Under the pieces are notes generated by a model. It was given only the letters and a program-made list of their open reading frames with translations, had not been told where the DNA came from and did no database searches. A program made the position numbers and the translations under genes. 64,000 nt of DNA from Candidatus Eiseniibacteriota bacterium. Its GTDB lineage: Bacteria > Eisenbacteria > RBG-16-71-46 > CAZAMP01. Of this stretch, positions 18,306 through 28,019 are shown one piece after another. Within the stretch, counting starts at the first letter, position 1, and the number at the start of each line of letters is the position of its first letter. The stretch covers positions 3,392,001 through 3,456,000 of the forward strand of contig OZ245046.1 in NCBI GenBank assembly GCA_965224245.1, written 5' to 3'.

Positions 18306-18980
18306 CTACCAGACGAGCTGGGGCACGGCCTGCTGGTTCCCCTGGAACCCGCGCAGGAACAGCTGCGTGATCGTGAACGCGAGATCCTCGCCCTTCACGT
18401 CGGGCACCGCGTGCTGCCAGGTGTAGAACCAGTTCATCATCCCGAACAGCGAGAACACGACGAGTCGCGTGTCGATCCGCGGGGCGCCGGGATCTCTCGG
18501 CACCTCGGTGACCAACGACTCACAGAGCTGGATGTACTCCTGCTTGTAGCGTCGCAGCTCGTCGCGATTGGCCCGCGTCAGCCCCATGTCCTCGTGCAGC
18601 AGCACGCGGATGAGCGAGATGTTCTGAACGAAGAAGTCCATGTGGGTCTGGACGAATCCGTAGAGCCTCTCGATCGGGTCGGACAGCGTGTCGATCCGGC
18701 TTCGTGCCGCGTGGAGCAGCTCGTCGAAGTACTCGCGCTGCAACGCGACGACCAGGTCTTCCTTACCGGGGAAGTAATGGTACAGGGACGCCGCGCTCAT
18801 GTTCAGCGCGGCGGCGATGTCGCGCATCGACGTCTCGTGATAGCCCTTGTCCGCGATGAGCTCGGCCGCCGCGTCCATCACGCGACGACGCTTCTGCCGC
18901 GCGCGCGCCGTCTTCGGTTCGTGGGACGACGTCTCACTCGGGGATCCGTTCGCCGGCGCAACGAAGTCTTGCACGTCCAC
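18306..18980 (-). CDS. TetR/AcrR family transcriptional regulator
   Basis: KGYHETSMRDIA...SLYHYFPGKEDL HTH; FGMMNWFYTW C-terminal motif; AAGGAGG RBS. Confidence 0.9.
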   Translation of the reverse strand: MDVQDFVAPANGSPSETSSHEPKTARARQKRRRVMDAAAELIADKGYHETSMRDIAAALNMSAASLYHYFPGKEDLVVALQREYFDELLHAARSRIDTLSDPIERLYGFVQTHMDFFVQNISLIRVLLHEDMGLTRANRDELRRYKQEYIQLCESLVTEVPRDPGAPRIDTRLVVFSLFGMMNWFYTWQHAVPDVKGEDLAFTITQLFLRGFQGNQQAVPQLVW

Positions 18981-19176
18981 CCTTCGCCTCCTTGTCGACA
19001 CAATCGCAGTCGTGGCGAGCAATCGTATCGGGTCGCTTGGAACCTCGGGATGGTGCGGTCGTCGTTGCGTGGCGGCTGCACCATCGTCTCCGACCCCAGG
19101 TCGCCCCGCGTGAGGTGCGCGCACGATGGCGCTGGGCGATCGAGGGACCGATTTACTTGTCGGGCGCCGTACGATC

Positions 19177-19228
19177 GATTGTGCGCCTAAAGTGACGTCC
19201 GTTCAAGGAAAACCGAACCATCGTTCGG
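19177..19228 (-). promoter_or_regulatory. tetR promoter with palindromic operator
   Basis: TTGAAC-N17-CACAAT on the minus strand; adjacent palindrome CCGAAC-CATC-GTTCGG at 19213-19228. Confidence 0.5.
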
Positions 19229-19882
19229 CCTCGGGACGTCCGTGGGAGGTCCGGGTCCCTCCCCCGGACGCGGGGCCACCATCGCGAGAAATGCCCGGTG
19301 GACCCGATCGTCCTCGGTCAGCTCGGGGTGAAACGTGGCGCCGAGCACCCGCTCATCCCCAACCAGCACCGGCTCACCGTCGAGCACCGCGAGCGTCGAG
19401 ACCCCCGGCCCGACGTCCGTGATCCGGGGAGCGCGAATGAACACCATCTCCAGGGAGGAGCCGTCGTGCCAGCTCCCGTGGCCGGTGAACGAGTCGATCT
19501 GGCGGCCATACGCGTTCCGGGACACCGCCACGTCCAGGAAGCCGAGCGAGCGCTGGGGCGGGTTGGTCACCTGTCTCGCGACGAGGATGAGCCCCGCACA
19601 GGTGCCGAGGATGGCGCCACCGCTCGACCGGAACGCCTCGAGCGACGGCCACCACGCCGGCTCGTACGCCATCAGCTTCAGCAGCGTCGAGCTCTCTCCT
19701 CCGGGCACGATCAGCCCGTCGAGCCGTGGGAGCTCGGCGGGTCGGCGTACCTCCGATGCGGCCACCCCGAGTCGTGCGAGCGCCCGGACGTGCGCCGTGA
19801 ACCCGCCCTGCAGCGCCAGGACGCCGACTTCGGGCGTCCGCGGCGCTGCGGGCGCGGCGCCGTTTCCGGACGTCGCGTGCAC
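19187..19882 (-). CDS. pdxT: Pyridoxal 5'-phosphate synthase glutaminase subunit
   Basis: GVLALQG, PGGESS, GTCAG, RNAYGRQIDSF, FIRAP, FHPE. Confidence 0.95.
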   Translation of the reverse strand: MHATSGNGAAPAAPRTPEVGVLALQGGFTAHVRALARLGVAASEVRRPAELPRLDGLIVPGGESSTLLKLMAYEPAWWPSLEAFRSSGGAILGTCAGLILVARQVTNPPQRSLGFLDVAVSRNAYGRQIDSFTGHGSWHDGSSLEMVFIRAPRITDVGPGVSTLAVLDGEPVLVGDERVLGATFHPELTEDDRVHRAFLAMVAPRPGEGPGPPTDVPRPNDGSVFLERTSL

Positions 19883-19884
19883 GC

Positions 19885-20766
19885 CTACCAGCCCCGCGTC
19901 TGCAGGAGCTCGCCCTCGGGCATCTTGGCCGTGTCGAGCCCACGCATCGGCTCACCGACGGTGGCCGAGACCTCGGCCAGCACGGCCGCGTCGCGGTAGT
20001 GGGTCGCCGCCTGCACGATCGCGCGCGCGTGGGCCGGGGGATCCTCGCTCTTGAAGATGCCGCTACCGACGAAGACAGCCTCGGCGCCCAGCTGCATCAC
20101 CAGCGCCGCGTCGGCCGGGGTCGCGATGCCGCCGGCCGAGAAGTTCGGCACCGGAAGCGATCCCTTGGACGCGACCCAGCGCACGAGCTCGAACGGCGCG
20201 CCGAGCTCCTTGGCCTCGGTCATCAGCTCGTCCTCGCGGAGCTGCGTGAGGCGCCGGATCCCCGAGACGATCGCACGGATGTGCCGCACCGCCTCCACGA
20301 TGTCGCCGGATCCGGCCTCGCCCTTCGTGCGAATCATCGCCGCGCCCTCGCCGATCCGCCGGAGCGCCTCGCCGAGGTTCCGGGCCCCGCACACGAACGG
20401 CACGTCGAACGCGAACTTGTCCACGTGGAAGCGATCGTCGGCCGGCGTGAGCACCTCGCTCTCGTCGATGTAGTCCACGCCGAGGCTCTGAAGGATCTGA
20501 GCCTCCACGAAGTGGCCGATGCGGCACTTGGCCATGACCGGGATCGAGACCGTCTCCATGATCGCGCGGATCATCTTGGGGTTCGACATCCGTGAGACGC
20601 CGCCCTCGGTGCGAATGTCCGACGGCACACGCTCGAGTGCCATGACGGCCACCGCCCCGGCATCCTCGGCGATGCGAGCCTGCTCGGCGTTCGTGACGTC
20701 CATGATGACGCCGCCCTTGAGCATCTCGGCCAGTCCGGTCTTCAGCCGGAGGTTTCCGTTCTCCAT
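19885..20766 (-). CDS. pdxS: Pyridoxal 5'-phosphate synthase lyase subunit
   Basis: [44 protein letters not shown]. Confidence 0.97.
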   Translation of the reverse strand: MENGNLRLKTGLAEMLKGGVIMDVTNAEQARIAEDAGAVAVMALERVPSDIRTEGGVSRMSNPKMIRAIMETVSIPVMAKCRIGHFVEAQILQSLGVDYIDESEVLTPADDRFHVDKFAFDVPFVCGARNLGEALRRIGEGAAMIRTKGEAGSGDIVEAVRHIRAIVSGIRRLTQLREDELMTEAKELGAPFELVRWVASKGSLPVPNFSAGGIATPADAALVMQLGAEAVFVGSGIFKSEDPPAHARAIVQAATHYRDAAVLAEVSATVGEPMRGLDTAKMPEGELLQTRGW

Positions 20767-20834
20767 CGTTCGGTCTCCCATCGTACGAGGTGGCGTGGCG
20801 CGCACCGGGCGCTTCCACGCGTCTTCGTGTTCAC

Positions 20835-22373
20835 TCACAGGAACGGCGTCTCGCTCCGACGCCGAGGAGGTCGGTCGGAGGCCGTCGCCAGATGCTCGCG
20901 GACGACCCGCGCGAGAATCTCGATGCCCGACCGGATGCGCTCGGGCGTCTCTCCGACGAACGACAGGCGAAAGCTCCGCTCGCCACCTCCATCGGGGTGA
21001 AACCACTCACCGGGCGCGATCGAGACGCCTCGTTCGAGGGCTCGCTCGGCCACGACGCGCGCGCGGCCCGGCGGCGGCAGCGTGCACCAGATCGTCATCC
21101 CCCCCTCGGGTCGCGTGACGGCCACCGTCGAGGGAAACGAGCGTGAGAGCGCGTCGAGCATGGCGTCGCGACGGGCGGCGTGGTGCTTTCGTACGCGAGC
21201 GATGTGCCGATCCAGCTCGCCGCGCCGGCAGAACTCCGAGACGATCATCTGGGAGGGCAGGCTCGTGCTGAGATCGCCGACTCGTTTCAGGGCGAGCAGG
21301 CGATCCCGAACCGCCGGTGGCGCCAGGATCCAGCCCAGACGAAACCCCGGACACAGCATCTTCGAGAACGTCCCCACCAGGATGACCTGACCGCACGTGT
21401 CGAACGCGCGGAGCGGCGGCAACGCCCGGCCGTCGTACCGCAGCTCGGTGTCGAAGTGGTTCTCGACGATCGCGACGCTGGCGTCCCGGGCCACGTCGAG
21501 CACCTCGCGTCGGCGCGACAGCGACATCGTCAGACCGGTCGGATTCTGGAACGACGGCATCAGATACACGAGCTTGGGCCGTGTGTCGGCCAACGTGCGC
21601 GCGAGCGCGATCGGATCCACGCCGTCCTCGTCGAGCGGCACGCCCACGACGCGCGCCCCGTACAGGCGCCAGATCTCGATCGCGTTCGCGTAGGTCGGTG
21701 ACTCGACGACCACGACGTCGCCGTCGGTGACGAACAGGCGGGCCAGAAGATCCAGCCCCTGTTGCATGCCACCGACGATCATGACGTCGTCCGGGCGGGC
21801 CGGCGCGCCCTCGCGCGTGGCGCGCGCCGCGATGAACTCGCGGAGCGGGCGGTGGCCGTCCGCGGGCCCGTAGCCGAGCGCGTCGGGCCCGGCATCTCGA
21901 AAGACGTCGCGGGCGATCCGCTGGAGCGACTCCGTCGGGTAGCTGGCCGCGTCGGGAACCGCCCCGGCGAAGCGATAGCCGTCCTCGGCTCCGGCCGGGG
22001 CCAGGAGCGCTCCCGAGGCCGAGTCGGTCGCGTGCCGCGCGACCAGCGACGACCAGGCGAACTGGGGCGGACGGAGCGGGCCATCCTCGTGTCGCGCCTC
22101 GGCCCCACGCGGCGTACCGCCCGAGTCGGGAGGGTGATCCGCCACGAAGGTACCTTGCCCCACACCCGAGTCGAGCCATCCCTCGGCCACCAGGCGATCG
22201 TAGGCCGATACCACCGTGTTGCGACCGACACCGGCGTCGTGGGCCAGCGTGCGCGTCGACGGCAGTCGGGTCCCGGGTGGAAGGTGTCCCTCGCGAATGC
22301 GGCGCCGAATCTGCGACGCCAGCTGGGCGTGGAGGGGCTCGGGCCCCGTTCGATCGACGGACAGAACGAGCAT
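20835..22373 (-). CDS. MocR/PdxR family regulator (GntR HTH plus aminotransferase-like domain)
   Basis: LPSTRTLA...[11 protein letters not shown] wHTH; FQNPTG, GTFSK, PGFRLGW; directly upstream of pdxST. Confidence 0.9.
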   Translation of the reverse strand: MLVLSVDRTGPEPLHAQLASQIRRRIREGHLPPGTRLPSTRTLAHDAGVGRNTVVSAYDRLVAEGWLDSGVGQGTFVADHPPDSGGTPRGAEARHEDGPLRPPQFAWSSLVARHATDSASGALLAPAGAEDGYRFAGAVPDAASYPTESLQRIARDVFRDAGPDALGYGPADGHRPLREFIAARATREGAPARPDDVMIVGGMQQGLDLLARLFVTDGDVVVVESPTYANAIEIWRLYGARVVGVPLDEDGVDPIALARTLADTRPKLVYLMPSFQNPTGLTMSLSRRREVLDVARDASVAIVENHFDTELRYDGRALPPLRAFDTCGQVILVGTFSKMLCPGFRLGWILAPPAVRDRLLALKRVGDLSTSLPSQMIVSEFCRRGELDRHIARVRKHHAARRDAMLDALSRSFPSTVAVTRPEGGMTIWCTLPPPGRARVVAERALERGVSIAPGEWFHPDGGGERSFRLSFVGETPERIRSGIEILARVVREHLATASDRPPRRRSETPFL

Positions 22374-22440
22374 GCTCACCTCTCGCGCACTCGCGCACTC
22401 GCGCTCGTGCGGGTCGGACCGGGAGCCGGTACGTGCGGAG

Positions 22441-22519
22441 ATTATCTAGTACCAATATGGACCCAACAAGGTCCAATTTATTCTTAGTGTCGCTATAGAT
22501 TGGATCTAAAAAGAGCCCA
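22441..22519. promoter_or_regulatory. AT-rich divergent promoter region with MocR-type operator
   Basis: TGGACC-N6-GGTCCA at 22458-22475; related TGGATC...AGCCCA at 22501-22519; overlaps a minus-strand TTGTTG-N17-GATAAT promoter. Confidence 0.6.
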
Positions 22520-22591
22520 GGAGAGCCGCTTGGCGGGTTCCGATTGGCGATCGGCCAGCGCGTCGGGCACCATGCAGCCCGGAGGTGCCCG

Positions 22592-23488
22592 ATGACCCGC
22601 CGAGCCGAACGACCCGCCCCACCGCGCTTCCGCGCCCGTCTCCGGATGCTCGTCGGCGTCGCCGGCCTCGTCACGACCGAGCTGCTTCTCGCCCTCGGGC
22701 AGCCGTTCGTCCGCACCTACTGCACGCCGTTGATGTGGACGTTCTACATCCTGCTGGTCGACGGCGCGATCGAGGCCCGGCGTGGGCACTCTCCGATGAC
22801 GCGGCGCCCGCGGGACGTGGTGTGCATGGCCCTCGGGTCCGTCGCCATCTGGACCGTGTTCGAGCTGTACAACCTCCGGATGCACGGCTGGATCTACGTC
22901 GGCCTCCCGGACGACGTGGTCGTGCGACTGATCGGGTACGTGTGGGCCTTCGCGACGATCGGCCCGGGCATCCTGTTCACGCGCGAGCTGATCGACGCGA
23001 TGCTGCCCGGGGAGCCGGCGTCCCGCCAGCGCCCCGCCCCGCTGCCGGCAGGCATCACGGCGTTCAGCGTGGCGCTGGGATCGCTCGCGCTCGCCGCACC
23101 GCTGGTGGCGCCCGATCACGTCGTGCCGCATCTCTGGGCCGCCGTGTGGGGCGGGTTCATCTTCCTCGCCGATCCGTTCAACGCGCACGCCGGTCGGCAG
23201 TCGGTGTGGGTGGACGCGCTGGAGGGCCGGTCGCGACGGCTCTGGACGCTGCTCGCGGCCGGTGTCGTCACCGGCGCGCTGTGGGAGTTCTGGAACTACT
23301 GGGCGAGCGCGAAGTGGATCTACACGTTTCCGCTCCTCGTCGACGTCCGCATCTTCGAGATGCCGATCATCGGGTTCGTCGGCTTCCCGCCGTTCGCGGT
23401 CGAGACCTACGTTCTGACCGAGCTGCTGGCCCCGCTCTGGCGCGGCAACGCCGACAACGAGCCCCCGCACCGGGAAGCCCGCCGGTAA
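22592..23488 (+). CDS. Multi-pass membrane protein with internal duplication
   Basis: About 8 hydrophobic segments; repeated motifs FELYN...WIY and WEFWNYW...WIY...IFEMP; GGAGG RBS. Confidence 0.7.
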   Translation: MTRRAERPAPPRFRARLRMLVGVAGLVTTELLLALGQPFVRTYCTPLMWTFYILLVDGAIEARRGHSPMTRRPRDVVCMALGSVAIWTVFELYNLRMHGWIYVGLPDDVVVRLIGYVWAFATIGPGILFTRELIDAMLPGEPASRQRPAPLPAGITAFSVALGSLALAAPLVAPDHVVPHLWAAVWGGFIFLADPFNAHAGRQSVWVDALEGRSRRLWTLLAAGVVTGALWEFWNYWASAKWIYTFPLLVDVRIFEMPIIGFVGFPPFAVETYVLTELLAPLWRGNADNEPPHREARR

Positions 23489-23648
23489 GAACTCGACCGC
23501 GCGAACGCCGTCCTCGGCAAGCCCTTGGCCGTTCCCCGCGGCAGGCCCCCGCGCCGCCTTCTCGGAGGCGGCCGCCGCCGCGCCTCGTGACGCCACAATC
23601 CACGCCCATGAAAAGGGTTACGCGACCCGGGGGATCGCCGGCGTCGGG

Positions 23649-23664
23649 CGGCACATGGCTTGCG
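23649..23664 (+). promoter_or_regulatory. Sigma54 (-24/-12) promoter
   Basis: CGGCACATGGCTTGC matches TGGCAC-N5-TTGC with exact GG-N10-GC spacing. Confidence 0.65.
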
Positions 23665-23767
23665 ACTCCGTGGCGTGACTCCACACGTTCACGCGGGCGA
23701 GACGGCGAGCTCGCACCGCCGGTCCCCGGTCGCACCGCGCGCGGCACGGCTCCAAGGAGTGACAGAC

Positions 23768-26700
23768 GTGGCGACAATCGTGAGCTTCCTTCTGATGGAC
23801 CCGAGCCAGGGCGCATTCTCGTATCTGTCGGCCGGTGATCTCCGGCAGGATGCCGGCGGGTGCGAGATCGAGGTCATGCACCTTCCGGCCGGGGCCGTGC
23901 AGTCGGTCCAGACTCCCGCGGGATCGGTGATCGTGCTCCTGGACGTCACGCTCATCCCCGCGGCCGATCTCGCACGCGTCGCGCTCGAGCTGGCCGATGC
24001 CGTCCTCGACGACCACACGGTCGCGATGGGCGAGGTCGTCGCCCCACGAACGGGCGGGTGGGACCTCGCCTCGGAAGCCTGGCTCGCGGCGACGTCACGG
24101 CGCGGAACCGAGATCCCGCTGGGGGGGCTCGACCCGCGCTGTCTCGTACTGACCCGAAACGCGTTCGCGCGCGCGCGCGCCGGCATCGGCGACTACGTGG
24201 CGGATTCGACGCGCTCGCCGCTCTCACTCTCGCTGAAGCTGCGCGACGCGTCGATCGTCCCGTATCGCGAGCCCCGTCTGCGCGCGTATCTCGGCCGACC
24301 GATCTCGATCCGCGAAGCCGTGAACGCGCTTCGCGACGAGAACGAGCGAACGCTCCGCCTCGGCCTCGCGCGATCGGACCTGATCGGCGAGCTGAACCTC
24401 CCGTCGATCGACGCCGTGCATGCCCAGTCCGAGGACCGCGTCGCGCGGCGCGTCCGGCACCTCGCGGTCGCCGCCGACGAGCTGAGCCGCGTCGACGTCC
24501 GGCGCTTCGGTGATGCCGACGAGGTGGACCCGGGCGCACTCGACGTCCTGCGTGACACATCGCGGCGCGTGATCACCGACCTCGTGCACGCGGCCCGCTG
24601 GCACGGCTGGATGAGGGCCTGCGCAGGAGACGGCAGCGTGACTCCCCCGGCCGGTCACGTGTCGCCGGCGCGGGCGGAAGAAGGCATCCCGGCGATTGCG
24701 ACCGAGACCGACCCGGCGGTGCCCGGTGAGCACGACGTGTGCCCCGAGCTCCCGGACACCGCCGGCTCACTCGACGACGGCGATGCGCCCGACCCGGCCG
24801 CGCGCGCGGCCACCACCGACGACTCCGACTCGGGCAGCGCCGTCACGCAGAACGGCGCCGGCGACGACGATCCGGACGCGAGCAACGGGTCTCCGGACCT
24901 CGACCCGTTCGAGGCGATCGTCTCGTCCTACGCCGCCGGCTCGACCCCACTGCGCCACCCATCGACCGTGACCGCGACCCCGCGCGTCGACGACGCGCCG
25001 GCCGCGGCCGCCCCGTCGACCCGGCGCGTGGTGGCCAGCCTCGTCATCGTCACCCGCAACGATGCGGCCGATCTTCCCCGGTGCCTGGATGCGATCTCTC
25101 GCAACACGCCCGAGCCGATCGAGGTGTTCGTCGTCGACAACGCGTCGGACGACGGATGCAACGAGATCGCGAACGCATCCCCGGTCGTGGACACGGTGAT
25201 CCCGCTGTCCGACCCGGTCGGCTACGCCGAGGCCGCGACCCTGGCGTCTCGGCGGGCGCGTGCCTCTCACATCGTGTTCATCACGGCCGACGCGATCGTC
25301 GCCGAGGGCTGGCTCACGCCCCTCTGCGACGCCACGAACGACGCCGTCGCGGTCGCCCTGCCTGCGTCGCTGGGTCTCTGCGGCGATCAGCACGCGATGC
25401 GCTGGATCGACGACCTCCGGAGCCTCGCGGACCCCGAGCGTCTCGCGCGAGAGCTGGCCTCGGTCGAGGCGATCGAGACCACGGGGATCATCCAGCCGCT
25501 GGCCGTGAGCATCCGAGCGGACGTCGTGCGGCAGAACGGCCTTCCCGATCCCGCGTTCCAGCTGGCGTCGACGGTCCATCTGCATCTCGCGTACGCGATC
25601 CGGCAGCTCGGTCTCGAGATCGTCGTCGTGCCGCGCTCCTACGTGGGCCGCGCGGGCGGACTTCGCCAGGTGCCCGCCACCGCGCGCGAGCTCGGGCTCG
25701 CGACACCGTCACCGGGGACCGAGCTCAGCGCCTCGGAGCGCGAGACGATGGAGCTGGTCACGACCGCCGATCGCGAGCTTCTCGTCGACCGCGTGGCCGG
25801 AACGCCGGAGACGCGGAACTCCAACGTGTGGGGCGTCAACTGGTCCACGCTCCTGCCCCGCGGGGAGGCGCTGTCGGTGATCATTCCGGTTCACGATCAG
25901 CTCGACCACACGCGGAGATGTCTCGACACGCTACGCGGGCAGCACGGCGTGTCCGACATCGAGATCATCGTGTTCGACAACGGGTCCGACGCCGCCACGC
26001 GCGAGTTCCTGGAGACGCGCCCCGAGGTGCGCGTGATCGGGAGCGACACCAACGTGGGCTTCGCCGCCGCCGTGAATCGAGGCATGCGGGCCGCGAAGGG
26101 TCGGTGCCTTCTGATCCTGAACAACGACGTCGCACTGCCGTCGCGGTTCCTCGAGCGCCTCTCGGCCGCGGTCGAGTCGAACCCGGCGTATGCCATCGTC
26201 GGCGCGGTCGCCAACGCGTGCGCCCCCCCTCAACGCGTCGCCGTGCCGTACACCGACCTCGCCGGCGTGGAGGACTTCGCTGACGAGCGCTGGGCCGAGC
26301 ACGGCTCGCGAGTGCGTCGCTCCCCGATGGTGACCGGGATGGCGATGCTGATCCGCCGCGAGGTCGTGGACACGATCGGGGAGTTCGACGAGCGCTTCGG
26401 TATCGGCGGCTTCGAGGACACCGACTTCTGCACGCGCGCGGCACTGGCCGGCTTCCGGGCCGGCATCGCCGAGGGCGTGTTCCTGCACCACGTCGGATCG
26501 GCCACGTTCCAGGGCAGCGGTGTGAGCCCCACCGAGATCATGCGTGCCAACCACGCTCGCTTCCTCGCCAAGTGGCGAGACGTGATCGGCGCGCTCGGCG
26601 GCTCCGACGTCCTGGCGGGCGCCTCCGCCACCGGTGTGGCGCAGCCCCCGGAACGGGGATCGTCTCCGGCCTCCGCGGCGTCGAGCCCCGCCGCCTCTTC

Positions 26701-27190
26701 GGACTGGGGCTGGATCCCGATGATCGCGAACGAGAGCGACCCGTCCCTCTGGGATCGCCCGCAGGAGAGGAGCGAGACGTCGTCGAGCGACGAGGCGACC
26801 TGCGCGCCGACCGCCGACGATCTCCATCGGCTCGCGAACACGCGGCTGGAAGAGGGTCGGCTCGAGGAGGCCCGCGAGCTGTTCGAGTGGACGCTGGAGC
26901 TGATGCCCGAGATGGTGCTCGCGCAGATGGGACTGGGCCTGGCGCTCTGCCGTCTCGGTGCCTACGAGGACGCCATCGCGCCGCTCACGCGGGCGATCCA
27001 GCTGGAGCCCGGGTTCTCCGAGGGCTACAACAACCTCGGGGTCGCCTACTACATGGCCGAGCGTCCGGACGAGGCCCGGCATGCGCTGGAGCGTGCGCTG
27101 GAGCTGGATCCCGAGAACGAGGACGCCCGGACCAACCTGGCGTCGGTGCTCGAGGAGATGCGATCGATCTCGGGGCGGACCCTCACGTAG
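23768..27190 (+). CDS. Multidomain GT2 glycosyltransferase with C-terminal TPRs
   Basis: Two GT2 domains (VVDNASDD; FDNGS...LNND...FDERF...EDTDF); TPRs (YNNLGVAY, ALELDP); AAGGAG RBS. Confidence 0.85.
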   Translation: MATIVSFLLMDPSQGAFSYLSAGDLRQDAGGCEIEVMHLPAGAVQSVQTPAGSVIVLLDVTLIPAADLARVALELADAVLDDHTVAMGEVVAPRTGGWDLASEAWLAATSRRGTEIPLGGLDPRCLVLTRNAFARARAGIGDYVADSTRSPLSLSLKLRDASIVPYREPRLRAYLGRPISIREAVNALRDENERTLRLGLARSDLIGELNLPSIDAVHAQSEDRVARRVRHLAVAADELSRVDVRRFGDADEVDPGALDVLRDTSRRVITDLVHAARWHGWMRACAGDGSVTPPAGHVSPARAEEGIPAIATETDPAVPGEHDVCPELPDTAGSLDDGDAPDPAARAATTDDSDSGSAVTQNGAGDDDPDASNGSPDLDPFEAIVSSYAAGSTPLRHPSTVTATPRVDDAPAAAAPSTRRVVASLVIVTRNDAADLPRCLDAISRNTPEPIEVFVVDNASDDGCNEIANASPVVDTVIPLSDPVGYAEAATLASRRARASHIVFITADAIVAEGWLTPLCDATNDAVAVALPASLGLCGDQHAMRWIDDLRSLADPERLARELASVEAIETTGIIQPLAVSIRADVVRQNGLPDPAFQLASTVHLHLAYAIRQLGLEIVVVPRSYVGRAGGLRQVPATARELGLATPSPGTELSASERETMELVTTADRELLVDRVAGTPETRNSNVWGVNWSTLLPRGEALSVIIPVHDQLDHTRRCLDTLRGQHGVSDIEIIVFDNGSDAATREFLETRPEVRVIGSDTNVGFAAAVNRGMRAAKGRCLLILNNDVALPSRFLERLSAAVESNPAYAIVGAVANACAPPQRVAVPYTDLAGVEDFADERWAEHGSRVRRSPMVTGMAMLIRREVVDTIGEFDERFGIGGFEDTDFCTRAALAGFRAGIAEGVFLHHVGSATFQGSGVSPTEIMRANHARFLAKWRDVIGALGGSDVLAGASATGVAQPPERGSSPASAASSPAASSDWGWIPMIANESDPSLWDRPQERSETSSSDEATCAPTADDLHRLANTRLEEGRLEEARELFEWTLELMPEMVLAQMGLGLALCRLGAYEDAIAPLTRAIQLEPGFSEGYNNLGVAYYMAERPDEARHALERALELDPENEDARTNLASVLEEMRSISGRTLT

Positions 27191-27212
27191 TCGGACGCGC
27201 CGATCGCACGTC

Positions 27213-27698
27213 TCAGCGGCTCAGGATCCGGTTGATCTTGGTCAGGATCGCCTCTTCCTCGCGATTCTCGACCACGGCGATCTCCTGCTTCAAGAGATCC
27301 ACGGCGGAGTCGGCGATCTGCTGCTCGTCCTCGTTGAGCCGGTGGCTCTGTGAGCGGCGTCCGAGGTCCCGCACGACCTCGGCGAGGCTCATCGGGTCTC
27401 CGATGACGGCTTTCGCCCGGTAGCGCTCCATCCGGCGACCGGCAGGGCGGGTTCGCGTGTACTGGTCCGGCTCGCGAAGCGTCTTGTACACATGGCGCAA
27501 AACATTACTGCCCATGACGTTACGGAGATGGACCTTCGTGAAGTCCTCCTCATGGAGAAAGACCGTCCGGTTGTCGGAAGCGAAGCGGATCTCGAGGCAC
27601 CGCTGCGTGCGTCCGAACACGGGCCGTTCTTCGGACTTCACGACCCGGCCGACCCCGTATCGGGGGCAGACGACGGTCTCGCCACGCCGGAAACTCAT
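27213..27698 (-). CDS. carD: CarD family transcriptional regulator
   Basis: FRRGETVVCPRYGVGRV, LAEVVRDL, LKQEIAVV; GGAGG RBS. Confidence 0.85.
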   Translation of the reverse strand: MSFRRGETVVCPRYGVGRVVKSEERPVFGRTQRCLEIRFASDNRTVFLHEEDFTKVHLRNVMGSNVLRHVYKTLREPDQYTRTRPAGRRMERYRAKAVIGDPMSLAEVVRDLGRRSQSHRLNEDEQQIADSAVDLLKQEIAVVENREEEAILTKINRILSR

Positions 27699-27836
27699 GT
27701 GACCTCCAACGAGTCAGAGTATCGCCATGAGAATCCCCGCCACCTGATGGTCTCGACCCCGGGTCGAGAGGTCCGGTCCCTTCGGAATCCTCGCGGTAGG
27801 GCGGTTGATGTGCGGCTCGATTCACGAGCACACCCC

Positions 27837-27865
27837 ATTCTAGCCACGCGACACGGCCGGAACAA
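27837..27865 (-). promoter_or_regulatory. Putative sigma70 promoter of carD
   Basis: TTGTTC-N17-TAGAAT on the minus strand. Confidence 0.5.
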
Positions 27866-27947
27866 GCCACACGGCGCAGACTCCGGCCGCATACCGCCAA
27901 CACGATCACAACACATTGAAGGGTAGAGACTTACGGGAAACCCTGAC

Positions 27948-27976
27948 TTGACGGCCCCCGGCGCCGGTGATAGCGT
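27948..27976 (+). promoter_or_regulatory. Putative sigma70 promoter of the TPR gene
   Basis: TTGACG-N17-TAGCGT. Confidence 0.5.
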
Positions 27977-28019
27977 TTTCGACGATCCCGTGCAACGACA
28001 TCTTCCAAGGAGGCGGACC

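Noticed and set aside
18995..19190. 6S RNA call for the rod-like fold
   Set aside because: No recognisable central bubble sequence and no zapA/ygfA context; kept only as an unassigned structure.
27700..27835. Riboswitch in the carD leader
   Set aside because: Only one clear hairpin (TCTCGACC/GGTCGAGA) and no aptamer consensus I can recognise.
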